A stretch of 63,748 bases of DNA, filler included, from Sluysia triapertura (Eukaryota): assembly GCA_046118255.1 (NCBI GenBank). It is 5 parts of 5 records of this genome, joined end to end, with 100 filler letters (N's around TTAATTAATTAA, not from the genome) between each part and the next. Parts side by side here need not be neighbours in the genome. Positions count along the whole stretch, not along the records: positions 15,071 to 26,143 come from JBJNIA010189331.1; positions 26,244 to 37,962 come from JBJNIA010176918.1; 3 more parts are not named here. One strand, given 5' to 3'. The position numbers were made by a program, and so were the translations under genes. Positions within the stretch are counted from its first letter, which is position 1. Every line of letters begins with the position of its first letter. This document shows positions 24,462 to 36,859 of the stretch, in pieces. The notes beneath the pieces were generated by a model. That model saw nothing but the letters and a program-made list of their open reading frames with translations. It was not told the origin of the DNA and did not search any database.

Positions 24462-26143
24462 CTAAAATATATAAATAAAATTAAATTTTCAATAAAATAA
24501 AAATAGTGAATAAAATATGTCATTTGTATCAAAACTCATAAGGATGTATTCTTAAATTTTAACATATTATCTTCAATTTCTTAAACACTTACATCACAAT
24601 AACCTCCCTCCTTCATAAAAGCAACGCCGATTAACTTTAATATACATCAACCTAATCTAAAAATATAATTTATTATCATTTTTATTATTGTTGTCACTGT
24701 TTTTGTAATGCGAGACGATTCTTTCCTTATATAGTGGCTCTTGAATAACCACAAATCTATGTAGATATATTTTTAACAATTACAATCAATATTTAAACAT
24801 CATTTTTTATTACTTTATGAAAATTGATTATTTATTGTAACCTTTATTAACAATTAATAACTTTAACTCGCTTGGAAATATTCTAACTCAGTTTAGAACT
24901 ATTCGTATATTTTTAAACTCGACTCGATAACTTTTAATTATTTCAAACTTTCTTAATACTTTATCTAATAAATTCAAAGTCTCAATCTCGGAAATCGTAG
25001 ATTTAACTTGATTGTGATGTAAGAAATGTAAGTCCAAATAGAATTTAAAGTCTGAAAAAACAAAAATGTCTAATAACACGAATATCAACAATTCATTCGA
25101 CACTCGAATAATTAATTCAATAACTTCGATTATTTGTCCATTATTCCAACAAAATCGAATGCAAAACCAATATTCAAACAAAGTAACAAAATTTTGTACA
25201 CTGTTCTAATTTTAAATATTTCTGTATTTTTTCTCTAATGCCTCCTTTTTTATGTATATTGTTCTTTGTGAGTATTACAATGTAGCCAAAAATTTATTTA
25301 CTTATCCAATAGAAAAATCTTCTCAAAATCAATATTACAGAGGAAAAATCATTAATATATAGATAAAATTGATCTACCAAGATTTTGTGTTTACCTATTT
25401 GTACACCAAGTACGTATATATAGATCTAGGATGAGCTGAAGAAAAATTATACCGCTAAATAAATTTAACAATTATTATATAAAACGTCAAAACATAAATT
25501 GAGAAAAAATGGTTAAACTTAGAAAATAATTTCAAATTAAAATATTAAAAGATGTCTTGTAACACATTTGGTAGAAATATATAGATATTAAATGTAGAAA
25601 GAAATTAATTGTAGAATAATCAGTACGAAATATTACATATAGGCAAACAAAATAAATTATGAAAAGTAATTATTATCAGTTATTATTGTTAGATCTTGAT
25701 TCGTTTTTAAATTCTTAATAAGTACAATGGATCAATAAATTAATAAAACAGTTACATTATAAGTTGAATTTATTTTCGAACGTAATAAATTGGAACTTTA
25801 ACTTACTTCAACTACTAAAATTCGTACTTTCGTCTTTACCACCAAAAAACAAATTAGAGACAAAATAAAAATTATAAAAATATTACTCCGTCAAGTGTAA
25901 TAATAATATTTACAATAAAAGTAATTTAAATTAAAAGTAAAAAAGAAGAAAATATTCTTATTATTTTATTTTTTTTAATGCAATTTAAAATTATAACTCA
26001 ATTTACTAAATATAATTAAATCAATCAAACTCTTCTAAGATTGTTTCTGCTTGGTCTAGATTCAAATTCTGCAATTGTAAATGTGGTTGCATGATTATTT
26101 TTGAACAAGTATCAAAATATATTAAAGCAATCTGGAATAGGAA

Positions 26144-26243
26144 NNNNNNNNNNNNNNNNNNNNNNNNNNNNNNNNNNNNNNNNNNNNTTAATTAATTAAN
26201 NNNNNNNNNNNNNNNNNNNNNNNNNNNNNNNNNNNNNNNNNNN
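26144..26243. other. Artificial contig linker
   Basis: N44-TTAATTAATTAA-N44. Confidence 0.97.
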
Positions 26244-26314
26244 TTTTATTCATGTAGAATGTGATAACACAATTTACTACTAATCAAATATGTACAAACT
26301 GTTGTATCAGTACT

Positions 26315-26540
26315 ACTTTGCTTGCCTTCATTTGTTATTCAATAATTCTTTGATACTTAAAGGTATGTCACGGATGAGCTTGGAGCACAAGTATTTGATC
26401 TCGTCATTGGGATGTCATACTTTTATTAGGGTTTCAATAAGTTACGTCCTTGTGATTGATTTATGGGTAGAAACTCTCCTTTTGACAATTTTCCATAGAT
26501 TTTCTACCTTATTCATGTCTGGAGAGTTTCCAGGGTAGCA
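26315..26540 (-). mobile_element. Tc1 transposase C-terminal remnant
   Basis: PGNSPDMNKVENLWKIVKRRV...LIETLIKV resembles WPxNSPDLNPIENLW. In-frame stops present. Confidence 0.85.
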
Positions 26541-27343
26541 AATATTAAGAAACCCAAATAAAAACATATTTTTCCTGTTTTAGTATAATAATTTGACCAC
26601 CACTGTATTTATTTAAAATTTGAAATTTAGAAGTTCTTATCTTTATCCTTAGATTGATTCAGTCAGAAGAAATGTGCCATCAATCTAAATAAATGATAAA
26701 CTAACATTATATAGTGCGGACTTTTTTGGTTCGCTTCATCTTTATTATATTTTCGTCATATCAAACACGATTTATAAAGGTTTACATGTCCACTTTCAAG
26801 CCTTTGAAATCAATTTTCTTCAATTTGACATTTTTTGTATCTTCAGTTACTCTGACTTTGTTATTGTTGTCATTGATTACGAAATTTTAATTGGAACTTT
26901 TCAATATAAATCGATACATTTATGTAGCATCTTATTATTTATTCGGTTACGAATCGATGTTAATGTTTTAATAAATAATAAATTACTATAATAATTTAAA
27001 TTAGTGTATAATTTTGACATCTATCTCCTAAAAAAAAGTTCAATATTAATTTCTCATTGGCCAATCATAAAATTATATTAACTGAATTTTTAGGTATTTT
27101 ATCTTTTTTGAACAATATTTCAATTCAAGATAGAATTTTCATTATCGTCAGAGAAAATCAAGATGTCCGCTGTTAGAAAAGGTATAGTGCATATTTTTGG
27201 TGATGAACATTTTATCAGTAAGTTTTATCACTGTTCAGTGATAAAACTCTTTTCTTTATTTTGTGTATCTCATGAATGTATCCCAAAAAATAATCGAAAA
27301 ATTAGATATCAAAAACGACAAATTTAATAGGTATATTTAGTAT

Positions 27344-27670
27344 TTACAAATGTTCAAAATGTTCACCTTGAACTTCAATATAAACACATCTTTTCAACAC
27401 TGCGACATACTTTCTGGAAAGTTTCCTCTGAAATTTGGTTCCATTAGTGCTGAATTGTCCTAGGCGTTTTAGCATAAACTGGCAGGCCATTTGATTGGTC
27501 CTCGACGTCCAATCCAACGTCCAGGAAATGCTTCATCAAAAATGTCGAAAATGAAGATCACTGAATTGAGGGAACTCATTAACACTTTAGTCTTCAACAT
27601 GTGAAGGTAATGTTCATCATTAACAGTTCCCTCAAAGAAGAATGGGCCAACTAGACCAGTGTTCCCTTGT
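27344..27670 (-). mobile_element. maT/DD37D-like mariner transposase remnant
   Basis: GLVGPFFFEGTVNDEHYLHML, FPGRWIGRRGPIKWPA and a terminal GEHFEHL*. Internally deleted. Confidence 0.85.
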
Positions 27671-28138
27671 ATGTCAATATTACTTCTGCATCTCATACAA
27701 ATTCCTTCATAAGCAATATTTAATTTGCCAGTAAGAGCAGAAGGAGCATAAACACCGACACCTATAGTAATAATAGAAACACTATATATCTTTAAACATA
27801 TGAGCCTCTTTTATTTTATAAATGCAAGTTTCTGTTTGTAATGTAAATAAAAGTTATAAAATCGAAGTTTTGATGCGAAAAATATTTAAAAAATTGATAT
27901 ATTAATTATATTTTTTTCGAATAAAATTTAGAAAACTGATTATTTTTAACAAAATTATAATTAAATAAATCAATTAAAAATATTTATTATTATATTACAA
28001 ATTATTCAATTTTATTTTCTAAAATAAATAATTTAATAATAATTTACAAATAATTTAAATAAATATAAATAAATATTTTACAATCTAAAATAATGTTTGT
28101 TATATTTAATTTAATTTGTGTTTTTGTTTCATTTGTAG

Positions 28139-28333
28139 AAAGAATCCAAAAGTGATTTTGAGTTAAGTAGAACATTTTCCACTTTATTTTCACATATAGA
28201 ATATCATGAACAAATTCTGTCTAGCAATAATGAAGAAGAGTTTCGACAGAAACTGCGAGAAGAGGCCGAAAAATTAGCCAATCAGCATCAAAAAAAGAAA
28301 ACTGTTCTACCACGATCTACAAGGGTTCAAGAG
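28139..28333 (+). CDS. Isolated phase-0/0 exon, coiled-coil-like, gene unidentified
   Basis: Polypyrimidine tract with TTGTAG acceptor and GAG|GTGAGT donor. 65 open codons, KESKSDFELSRTFSTLFSHIEYHEQIL...RSTRVQE. Confidence 0.7.
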
Positions 28334-29087
28334 GTGAGTATTTAAGTTTCCTATAAATATACGATGAATCAGAAGTTTGTTGCTAATGCATTATTGTATT
28401 AGTGAGATATTAACGGTATGTCACAAGCTAATATCAATAACATATACACAATGATTTATTAATGATTATTAATTTGACATAAACTTTTACTTTATATCAA
28501 CTTTTACATAAATTTAACTTTATAAAGAAGAAAATTAAATTAACGATTTTACCTTATCTATTTTGGCATGTTTTGCTCAATTTCAGTGTTCGTAACATTA
28601 CTAAATTTCATGTCATCTAGAAATTTATTGATTAAAAATGATCTTCAAACAATTTTAATTAAATTAATTAATAAATGTGCTTATGTATTTTTCGAAAGCG
28701 ACACTTTTTAACACTGGAACATACATATAACCACGACATATCATTATTAAAATGATTATTTATTGGGGTTAGTACAAAATTATCGATGTAAAACAATAAA
28801 ATTATTGAAGAGTACATGTCTAAAGTTCCATTAAGAATAATGATTGCATAATTGAGTATAATAGAATAAAATTGTTAGACGGGGCTGATGGCACAGCTAT
28901 GAGGCGAGAGGATCCGGTTTAGAAAGAAAAACTAATAATAAATTAAGATTTCAACTTTGTTTTTATTAATGACAATCTTTAATTATCAAAAGTAAATTGC
29001 AAACTAAATTTTGTTCTGTTTCTTATTTTCGTTACCAAATTCAATTGCATTACATTTTTGGGTTTTTAATGCGATATTTTAATAAGC

Positions 29088-29700
29088 TGTGGTGGCCAAC
29101 CAATTACTTTAAGAATTTTATATCAACAGGACATAACAAAATTACTTTTCAGAACATTTCATAATTGTTAATATGTGTAAACAGTCTAAACATCAAAATC
29201 ATAATCAAGATAGAAAATCATCAAATATATATCTTAAAAATTAATTTTAAACATTTTAAATTTAATTCAACATATCTCACATTCCATAATATTTTACCTA
29301 TTTCCATCAAAACCTTTTTTATATTTTATTATTTAGATCCACTAAAACTATTCGTATTTCAAAACATTTTAAATTTACAATTTTACAATATCATAATCAC
29401 TTCTACATTCAAAACCATTAAAGTACATTAAATTTCATAACACCAGAATTACAATTTACATCTTAAACTCATCTTAATACACATCTTAAATTCAATCCAA
29501 TACATTTTTAGTTTACAACCCTTAACATTAAATCTCTAATATCACTTAAAAACATTAAATTATCACTTTGAAACCATTATAGATATTGCAATTAAAATAA
29601 CATTCCTTTAACATTTTAGTTATCAATCATTTCCTTCAAACATTCTCTTATCAGCTCTTCCATAACTCATATCCTTGTAATCACCGAACAAATCTCTATT
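29088..29700 (-). mobile_element. Family C strand-skewed terminal module
   Basis: Begins TGTGGTGGCCAACC, the reverse of GGCTGGCCACCACA (ending 53249) and GGTTGACTACCACA (ending 36764). Followed by about 600 nt of C/A-rich, G-poor sequence. Confidence 0.55.
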
Positions 29701-30639
29701 AAAGGAAATATGAAATGTAACCAATATTTCAAAAGCATTTGAAGAAAGAAATGAAGTATGTACATAATCAACAAAGAAAAGAACTAAAAACGATTTTATT
29801 TTAAGACATTAAGTTAAGACAATTTTAGTTTGTAATGAATCATTTTAAAGAATTTTATTATGTTGAGAAAGAAAATTTAGAGTAGAAAGATTATGTTGAA
29901 AATGGTAAAGAATTTATGTCCTTTGTTTGATTTTAGTATTACTATTCTTGTTATTATCAATTCATTTTATTTAATCTAGTATAATTGTTATTATTATTCG
30001 TATCATTATTTTTATTATTCACTACCATTACTTTATGATTAAACTATTACTATTAATCAACATTATTCATTGTTGTCAGTACACATTGATTGTTGCTGAC
30101 AGCATATGTACTGTCAGTGACGACATTTTCTTTTCGCACACATACATATTGTTGCAACATGGCAATCAATTAATTTTTCTTGTTATTTGATTGGATGTCC
30201 AATCTGTTCCATCTCATTATTTCACATTCCACTGGACATCCAATTACAATCACTTACATTGTGTTTATCTCAGCAACATTTGGTAAAAAATCATTATTAA
30301 TGTTATTGGGTACCTAAAATTAAAAATAATAAAGAAATGTTATTATATGCTTTTAATAAATGCACACTTCATATCTCTCATGGGATTGGATACCCAATCA
30401 ACAAGGACAATAATAAAATTTAAAAAATAAACTTTGTCAGAAAATTATTATTTGAGCAGAATAGACACTAAAGAATAAAAAATATAAATCTAAAGTTACC
30501 AATATAGATATAAAGAAAAACTTGCTATTATCAAATGTGCAGTTAAATTATTCTGTTTCATTTGGTAATTCTTGTGATGAAAAAAGTTTACGTTAAATGA
30601 ATTATTTGATTTTAGATATTATTATGATCATAGTATTCC

Positions 30640-31515
30640 ATCAATTAACATAGTACTCTATTCTCATGAAAAGATAATTTGAAAATAGGTTATGTTGTTT
30701 GTCCGATTAACAGCAACCAAATAAAATATGATATGTATTGAGATATTTTAAAAACCCGAATAGTTATATTGTAAATAAAAAATTTGTGAAGTTAAGGTCA
30801 ACATATAATGAAAAATTAGTTTCAGCTAGCATGTTTCATGGATTACATGGAGTATCTCCGAAAGTTATAAACGCTTTTTATTTTGAAATTTATGTTAGAT
30901 TTGTTCAAGCGAGAGAATTTATTGTGATTTATTAAAGTAACAAAAAAGTCATTACCAGGTTTGAGTCATGTCCATTCTTTGAAATATAAAATGATAAAGC
31001 AAGATGAAAATATTGATAGATTAGGTATAACAGTTGATAATCAAGTTTTAGAAATTCATATTAATACATATTCAACGTCTAACAAATTAGTTATTCCAAA
31101 TATAGTAGATGTTGATTCAGTTGTCATGACAAATAAAGAAACATCATCAAAAACAAAATCAGGAATTGGCCGTTTAAATTTCTTCTATAGTAGCAGCAAA
31201 CCTTACCATATAAATTTACAAACTTGCTCCAATGAAAACAAATACTACAAGAATGCTATTTGTTTATACGAAACAACACCAACTTGTCAATGCTCTAAAT
31301 ACGGTAAAATTTGTCAACATTGTCACGGGTTCTACCAACGAATAAATTCTCTTTTGGCAAGTTTGACAATGGAACCATTAGATCTAGTTATCCAAAAGGA
31401 CCCAAAAGTAATTTTTCAATTCATGTTTTTTAATTTTTATTCTGATATAAATCAATTATCATATTTTTATTATCATATTTGTATTTGTAGTAATGTCCTC
31501 TACTCACGCGATTAA
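30640..31515 (+). pseudogene. Intronless orphan gene with Cys/His cluster (CxCxxxGKICxHC), disrupted 5' part
   Basis: ORFs 30738-30935 and 30961-31515. PTCQCSKYGKICQHCH resembles a SWIM-type zinc finger. Confidence 0.45.
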
Positions 31516-31904
31516 ACCAGTAAACTCTGTGCTCTAATTCCGAGCGAAGAGAGTTTTAGGTTTAATATTTTAGAAAAAAGAATAATATTAAATGATTTAT
31601 AAATTATATTTATAAATTCATGAAATTCGAATAGTAGAATAAAATGATATTTAATAAGATTTATATTTAACCTTTTTGCTTTAGCTAGATCCGTATAATT
31701 ATTAAAATAATTGAAAAAAAGACAGTTTTATTTTTACAGACATTTAGTTTAACTTTAGCTATACATAATTTTATATTCCGTATTATTAATTATTATATTC
31801 CGTGCTATTAATTTCAGACTCATTGCCAAGCTTTCGGATTGCAGATTCCTGTAAAATAATAATAAATTTTATCTATAGGGTTTAGTAAAATAAGTAAAAT
31901 TACA

Positions 31905-32605
31905 TTACGGATGATGTTAGAACAATTGTAGTATGAAATTGTCTACGTGGTTGTTGAGCACCATGCTTTAATGAATTCACTAGTAGTTTAACTCCTATTC
32001 TATGTCTTAGCGCAACATCATAACTGTCATCGATTTCGGCTATTTTATGGGCAATATGCTCCATACGTTATACATCTGTTACAACGATCGAGTTGGCTGA
32101 GGCATTGTATTATTCGTAGTCGATTAACAGAAAATGTATCTAACGATGGTGTAAAGATAGATTGCTCTCAAAATTCAGTCAACGGCTGACTTATGTAATT
32201 GATATAAATATTACGACTCCAATTTGAAGAATCAAAATTGAACAACTTATATTTTGGAGAAAAAGATAAATTTTTAGTGTAAATATTTGTGACCGGTTCC
32301 TTCATATTAGTAAACAATGGGTTGAATAATTTTTCGACATGACTTGACGATCGTTTTTGATACAATATTTCATGGAATAATCTTTTCAGTTTTTGAAAAT
32401 AATTATATGAGACAGATACTGCAGATATTAACCAAACATCGTTGAAGAACTTTATACCTTGAGTTATATAGTGAATAAATTTTATTAGCTTTCGTACAGC
32501 TTGAATATCTATTAATTCGTAAGTACAAATATGAAATGGTCTAGTTTTGATAACAAGTAAAATCTTTAATTTATATTTCAACCATTGAGAATGCTTCATC
32601 ATCAA
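31905..32605 (-). pseudogene. Intronless orphan gene, disrupted
   Basis: 145-aa ORF 32168-32605 continues after a stop/frameshift as MEHIAHKIAEIDDSYDVALRHRIGVKLLVNSLKHG. Confidence 0.45.
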
Positions 32606-32613
32606 TACAAAAA

Positions 32614-32700
32614 ATCAACCTGATTGGCCGTCCAACCAGGGAAACGTATAAAAATAATGATGATAATAAATTTGGTTGGACGACCAATAATAGAGATCAA
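32614..32700. promoter_or_regulatory. Shared inverted-CCAAT/TATA element, copy 1
   Basis: ATTGGCCGTCCAACCA-GGGAAACGTATAAAA...-TGGTTGGACGACCAAT. Homologous to 36027-36110. Confidence 0.55.
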
Positions 32701-32915
32701 AAGTTGTAAGATTGGTGTGCCAATCAATGTGAGCTAAACGCGTTGCTTGATAATTGATGATTGAACCACTATCAGTGGTGTCAGAGATTAGAAATATATT
32801 TTAATGAAATGGCTACTGATAGTGGTAGTTACTGAATAAAATTTAGTAATTATTATTAAATAAAAATAATAAAAATTAATAATTGTGATAATAATAATAA
32901 TAACAGCAAAATGCT

Positions 32916-32917
<2 letters not shown>

Positions 32918-32970
<53 letters not shown>
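32918..32970. repeat. (ATT)n microsatellite
   Basis: Directly visible. Confidence 0.95.
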
Positions 32971-32971
<1 letters not shown>

Positions 32972-33914
32972 CCCAAAAACGCATAAACTCTGTATTCTGT
33001 GACTTAAACATGATCTTTCTTGTAATTCTTCATAATTATGTAAAATATCATTAAAAAACTTTAAAATCATTTTTCCAAAAAAGAAAAGAAAATTTCGCAA
33101 AAAGAAAATAAGCTTCTAAAAATAGAATAGAAGCTTCTACAATGTTCTAGAATGTTTTAGAACATTACATATATTACTATTTGCTGATGACTAGTATATA
33201 AACTAGCATAAGTTCACTTAAAATGCACAATTTCATTATCACAATTTTGTTTTACTAATTTTATGTAAACATGTACAGTACTACAATCTCAATTATCGAA
33301 ACTACTTTGTTTCATTTTCAATCACTTCAGCGTTTATTGACGTGATTTTATCGACGCAATCTCCATTTTTATTCTCTCAATTCGGATACAATTCGACAAT
33401 TTGATTTCATACAATTTCAAAGGACGTATTATAATCATTTTATTAGTTATTTGATAAATTTTATTATTGTAAGAAGGTTTCGACCTAAAAAATTGAAACA
33501 TAAATTACACTTAAATTAATTTTATGGAACTTCCAAAACCACGATCTATTGAGGGGAGCGTTCATAATTAAAATAGCACACATTAAAAATAAAAGATCTG
33601 TAAGATTTTGATTTCAAATTAATAGATATTTTAATAACTTGATCTAGTAGCTTATATTTTCTTTGTTCATTATTAATTTGATGATATAATTAAAATATAT
33701 ATATTCCTCAGTTTCTTATTTTAATTACATTAATTGGATTGATTATTAATTAAAGTGACTAAGAAGACCCTCTAATTTTATTTCACGTTTTTCATTAAAA
33801 TTAACTTAGTGTTGGTTACAGAGACGCCATCTTTACGACGTGAGACATTTACTGTAATCGGACCCTGCTGGATTTTATTGTGCCGTAGGTTAAGAGGTAA
33901 GAAAAACCACAGCA
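32971..33914 (+). mobile_element. Family A LTR-like repeat, copy 2
   Basis: Shares AGAAGCTTCTA, GACTAGTATATAAACT, TTTACTGTAA..GGACCCTG and the AAAACCACAGCA end with 2263-3089. Confidence 0.7.
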
Positions 33915-35082
33915 AATTAAAGATGTTAGGTTGTCATCACAACCCTATAAAATAACTTAAAATGTCATAATGACCATTTAAAATATTTTTAATCATTTAA
34001 AAATCTTATTTTCCAAAAAAATTATTTTTCGAAAAAAGAAAATTCGCTTCTAACAATAGAACAGAAGCTTCTAGAATGTTCTAGAACATTCCATCGATCC
34101 CCATTGGCTATGACTAGTATATGAACTATCATCAGTTTAATGAAAATCTCCATTTTGAAAAATCCACAATTTTTAAATTACAATTTGCAGCGTCTTTGTT
34201 GGAGGAATTGTGAATTTTTAGTAACTGTTCGCAATTCGTAGTTATTTCAGAAATTGGAAAATATCTACTCGACTACAGCTATTTAAATTCAATCCATTTT
34301 TTGGTATATTATATATTTAAAGGTTCAATTTAAAATATACTTAAATTTCCTATCATTTGTAAATGTTTATATTTATATTAATTTTTATATACCCCATATA
34401 TTTAGGTATAATATCTACCTAAAATATTTGTTATTAGATTAAACACCATCAGAGCTTTATTCCGTAAAATAATTATTTTTATCTTTTCTCTTACTACTAT
34501 TATTATTAAAATTTTGTGTTTCATAAATAAAGTTAATATTCTTGCGTTTAGTTAATTATTAAAAGTTAAAGAATAAATTATTAAAATTTTTTGAGAAGAT
34601 TATACTTTTGAGCACACTTGTTAAGACCGTAGCCACTTAACAATTAAATTCAGATAAAATATTAGCTCATACAGTTACAGAAACACTCTCTTCACGACAT
34701 AAGACATTTACTGTAACTGGACCCCTCTCAAAAGATTGTTGTGGTTTGTTATTTTTGTTATTGATCTTTACATTTATGAAAACTTGAATTATCTAATAAT
34801 ATTTAAAAAATTTTGTTAAATCTTTTATGGTTTTACATTTAAATCTTTTGTGACATTACAATTAAAAGAGTATAAATAACAAATGAAAAATAATCAATAA
34901 ACAAAATTTTATTTCTAAGTAACAAAATGAAAAATTTTAAGTCTATAGGTTCTTTTCCATGTATACCAGATAGCCAAGTCGATGTTTTAACGCCTAAAAT
35001 AAAATAAGGAATTAATTTATAAATAGAGCAAGAAAAAGAATTAATTACGTTATAATTGACCACGACGTGCTGTTCTAATTGA

Positions 35083-35931
35083 CTATGACTCCGCGTCAGA
35101 ACCTTGTTTGAACTTGTTGTAATACATGATATCATTGCCTTTATTAATAATTAGATACCTTTTCATATTCTGACATAATATAGATTCATGTTTGATGGCA
35201 ACACTTTTATTTCTTGAAAGCATAATATTTTTATTCGGTTCAACCAATAAACCTTTGATTCTTTTATTTTTTATATGATACGAATTTTCGGCATCTCGTG
35301 CTGTTCGTAATTCTGTTCGCTTCTTTCGAATTAATTCTCGTTCTGTTTGAGTTATATACATCAAATACATTGGTTTATTCTGACATTTATTATGTACACT
35401 ATATTGCTTGCATAATTAACGAATATTTACTCTAATCGCTGTAACGGTATCGAGAAGTTCTTTTAGATTTTGTTCGGTGTTCTTGTACGGTTGGAAACGT
35501 GCACGTTCCGTTGGAATAATCACATATAGGATATACTTTGTCTGAACTTCACAACTAATTACGCCTTCATAGCTGATCGTATCGTTAAGTATAATTTCAT
35601 TTATATTATGTGGTTCTTGGTAATGGCAGTTACTAATTAATTTTGTTATATTTCGTCTAATTTTCATAGATAAGCAACATTGACCATGGTCTAAATTTAA
35701 TCCGCTGTCTGCGCCGATGTTAATCTTTGGTAATGAAATACATTCAATTGTAACGAAGTCAAGGTTCATTCACTAATATTGTAAATCTACATGTTTGTTG
35801 AATCATTGTGATGGTAACTTGTCCGACTTTTGTAATTTAGCACAAGCTGCTTCCACTTCTGACATTGTTTTAGCAGGATTGCAAACAAATTGGTCAAAAT
35901 AATTCATCTTTTTCCTTAACATTACTGACAT
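35083..35931 (-). pseudogene. Intronless orphan cargo gene, disrupted by stops
   Basis: MSVMLRKKMNYFDQFVCNPAKTMSEVEAACAKLQ reads through stops into ORF 35416-35769 and then 35083-35370. Confidence 0.5.
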
Positions 35932-36026
35932 AGATAAACTCCTTTGGTGTTTCTATTTTTACAATGTTGTAACTTTAAAAATAATTTATGAAAAATTTTT
36001 ACCTTCTAAAATTTTTGTACTACAAC

Positions 36027-36110
36027 ATCAACCTGATTGGCCGTCCGACAAGAAAACGTATAAAATTAATGAGCAGAATAACTCTGAGTAGACGACCAAG
36101 TCTAAAGATA
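36027..36110. promoter_or_regulatory. Shared inverted-CCAAT/TATA element, copy 2
   Basis: ATCAACCTGATTGGCCGTCC...AAACGTATAAAA...GACGACCAA, as at 32614-32700. Confidence 0.55.
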
Positions 36111-36242
36111 GAAAGATGAGCCACCATCAATGTTGATGTGAATTTATATACATTAATCAGTAATGACAGCATTGATGGTGGTATTTATGATTTACAAAGT
36201 ACATAGAATTAATAAAGATGTTAATATTAACAATAATAACAA

Positions 36243-36287
<45 letters not shown>

Positions 36288-36288
36288 C
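36243..36288. repeat. (ATT)n microsatellite
   Basis: Directly visible. Confidence 0.95.
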
Positions 36289-36859
36289 AATATTAATTAA
36301 AAATAAAATACAAAAATTCTTCGTAAAAAGGTCTTTCTTTGATAATCTTTAATTTCTCAATATATTTAAAAGTTAGAGGTAAAGAAGGAACATGATATTT
36401 GATGCTACCTCATCCTTATGTTAAGATAGTATTACGAACTGAAATGTTATTGAAATGTAGTTGATTGAGGCCTAAATACCTTGGAATATTATTATTGTGT
36501 TGTTTTGAGATGAGTGGTACAATACTTTAGATACTTTTTAATGTAGTTTAATGATTTAGAGTGTTATTGTGGTATATATGTTATGGGACTGTGGATATAA
36601 ATTGACTTTGGTAGATGAATTGTTTTGGTGAATGTAGAGGAGATAAATGTGATAATGCTAAATGTTAAAGTGTGTGATTTTATATAGAATGTGTTGATTT
36701 GATGATTTTGTAATGTTGTAAAAAAAGGAGGATTTTTATAAATTTTGAAGGGTTGACTACCACAAAGATATTTTGTCGTAGGTTAAGAGTTAGAAAAACC
36801 AAATATCAGAAAATATCAAATACTAGAAAATTTATTAATAAGGTACTGCACAAAGAAAT

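Larger units (their letters stand above)
34737..36764. mobile_element. 2028-bp cargo-carrying insertion with TGT...ACA ends and 5-bp TSD AAGAT
   Basis: AAGAT at 34732-34736 and 36765-36769. Ends are TGTTGTGGT and ACTACCACA. Removing the insert restores the family A sequence. Confidence 0.75.
33924..36805 (+). mobile_element. Family A LTR-like repeat, copy 3 (33924-34736 plus 36770-36805), split by a 2-kb insertion
   Basis: Identical TGTTAGGTTGTCATCACAACCC start. The sequence stops at GGACCCCTCTCAAAAGAT and resumes as ATTTTGTCGTAGGTTAAG, collinear with copy 1. Confidence 0.75.

Noticed and set aside
24888-25181. 97-aa ORF as part of the gene at 23919-24461
   Set aside because: I could not establish consistent splice sites and phase.
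30258-30313. Small minus-strand exon VPNNINNDFLPNVAEINT
   Set aside because: AG/GT are present, but it is too short and has no partner exon.
32640-32690. SECIS or hammerhead within the shared upstream element
   Set aside because: The order of GAAAC and TGATGA and the stems do not fit either motif, and it lies 5' of the ORFs.
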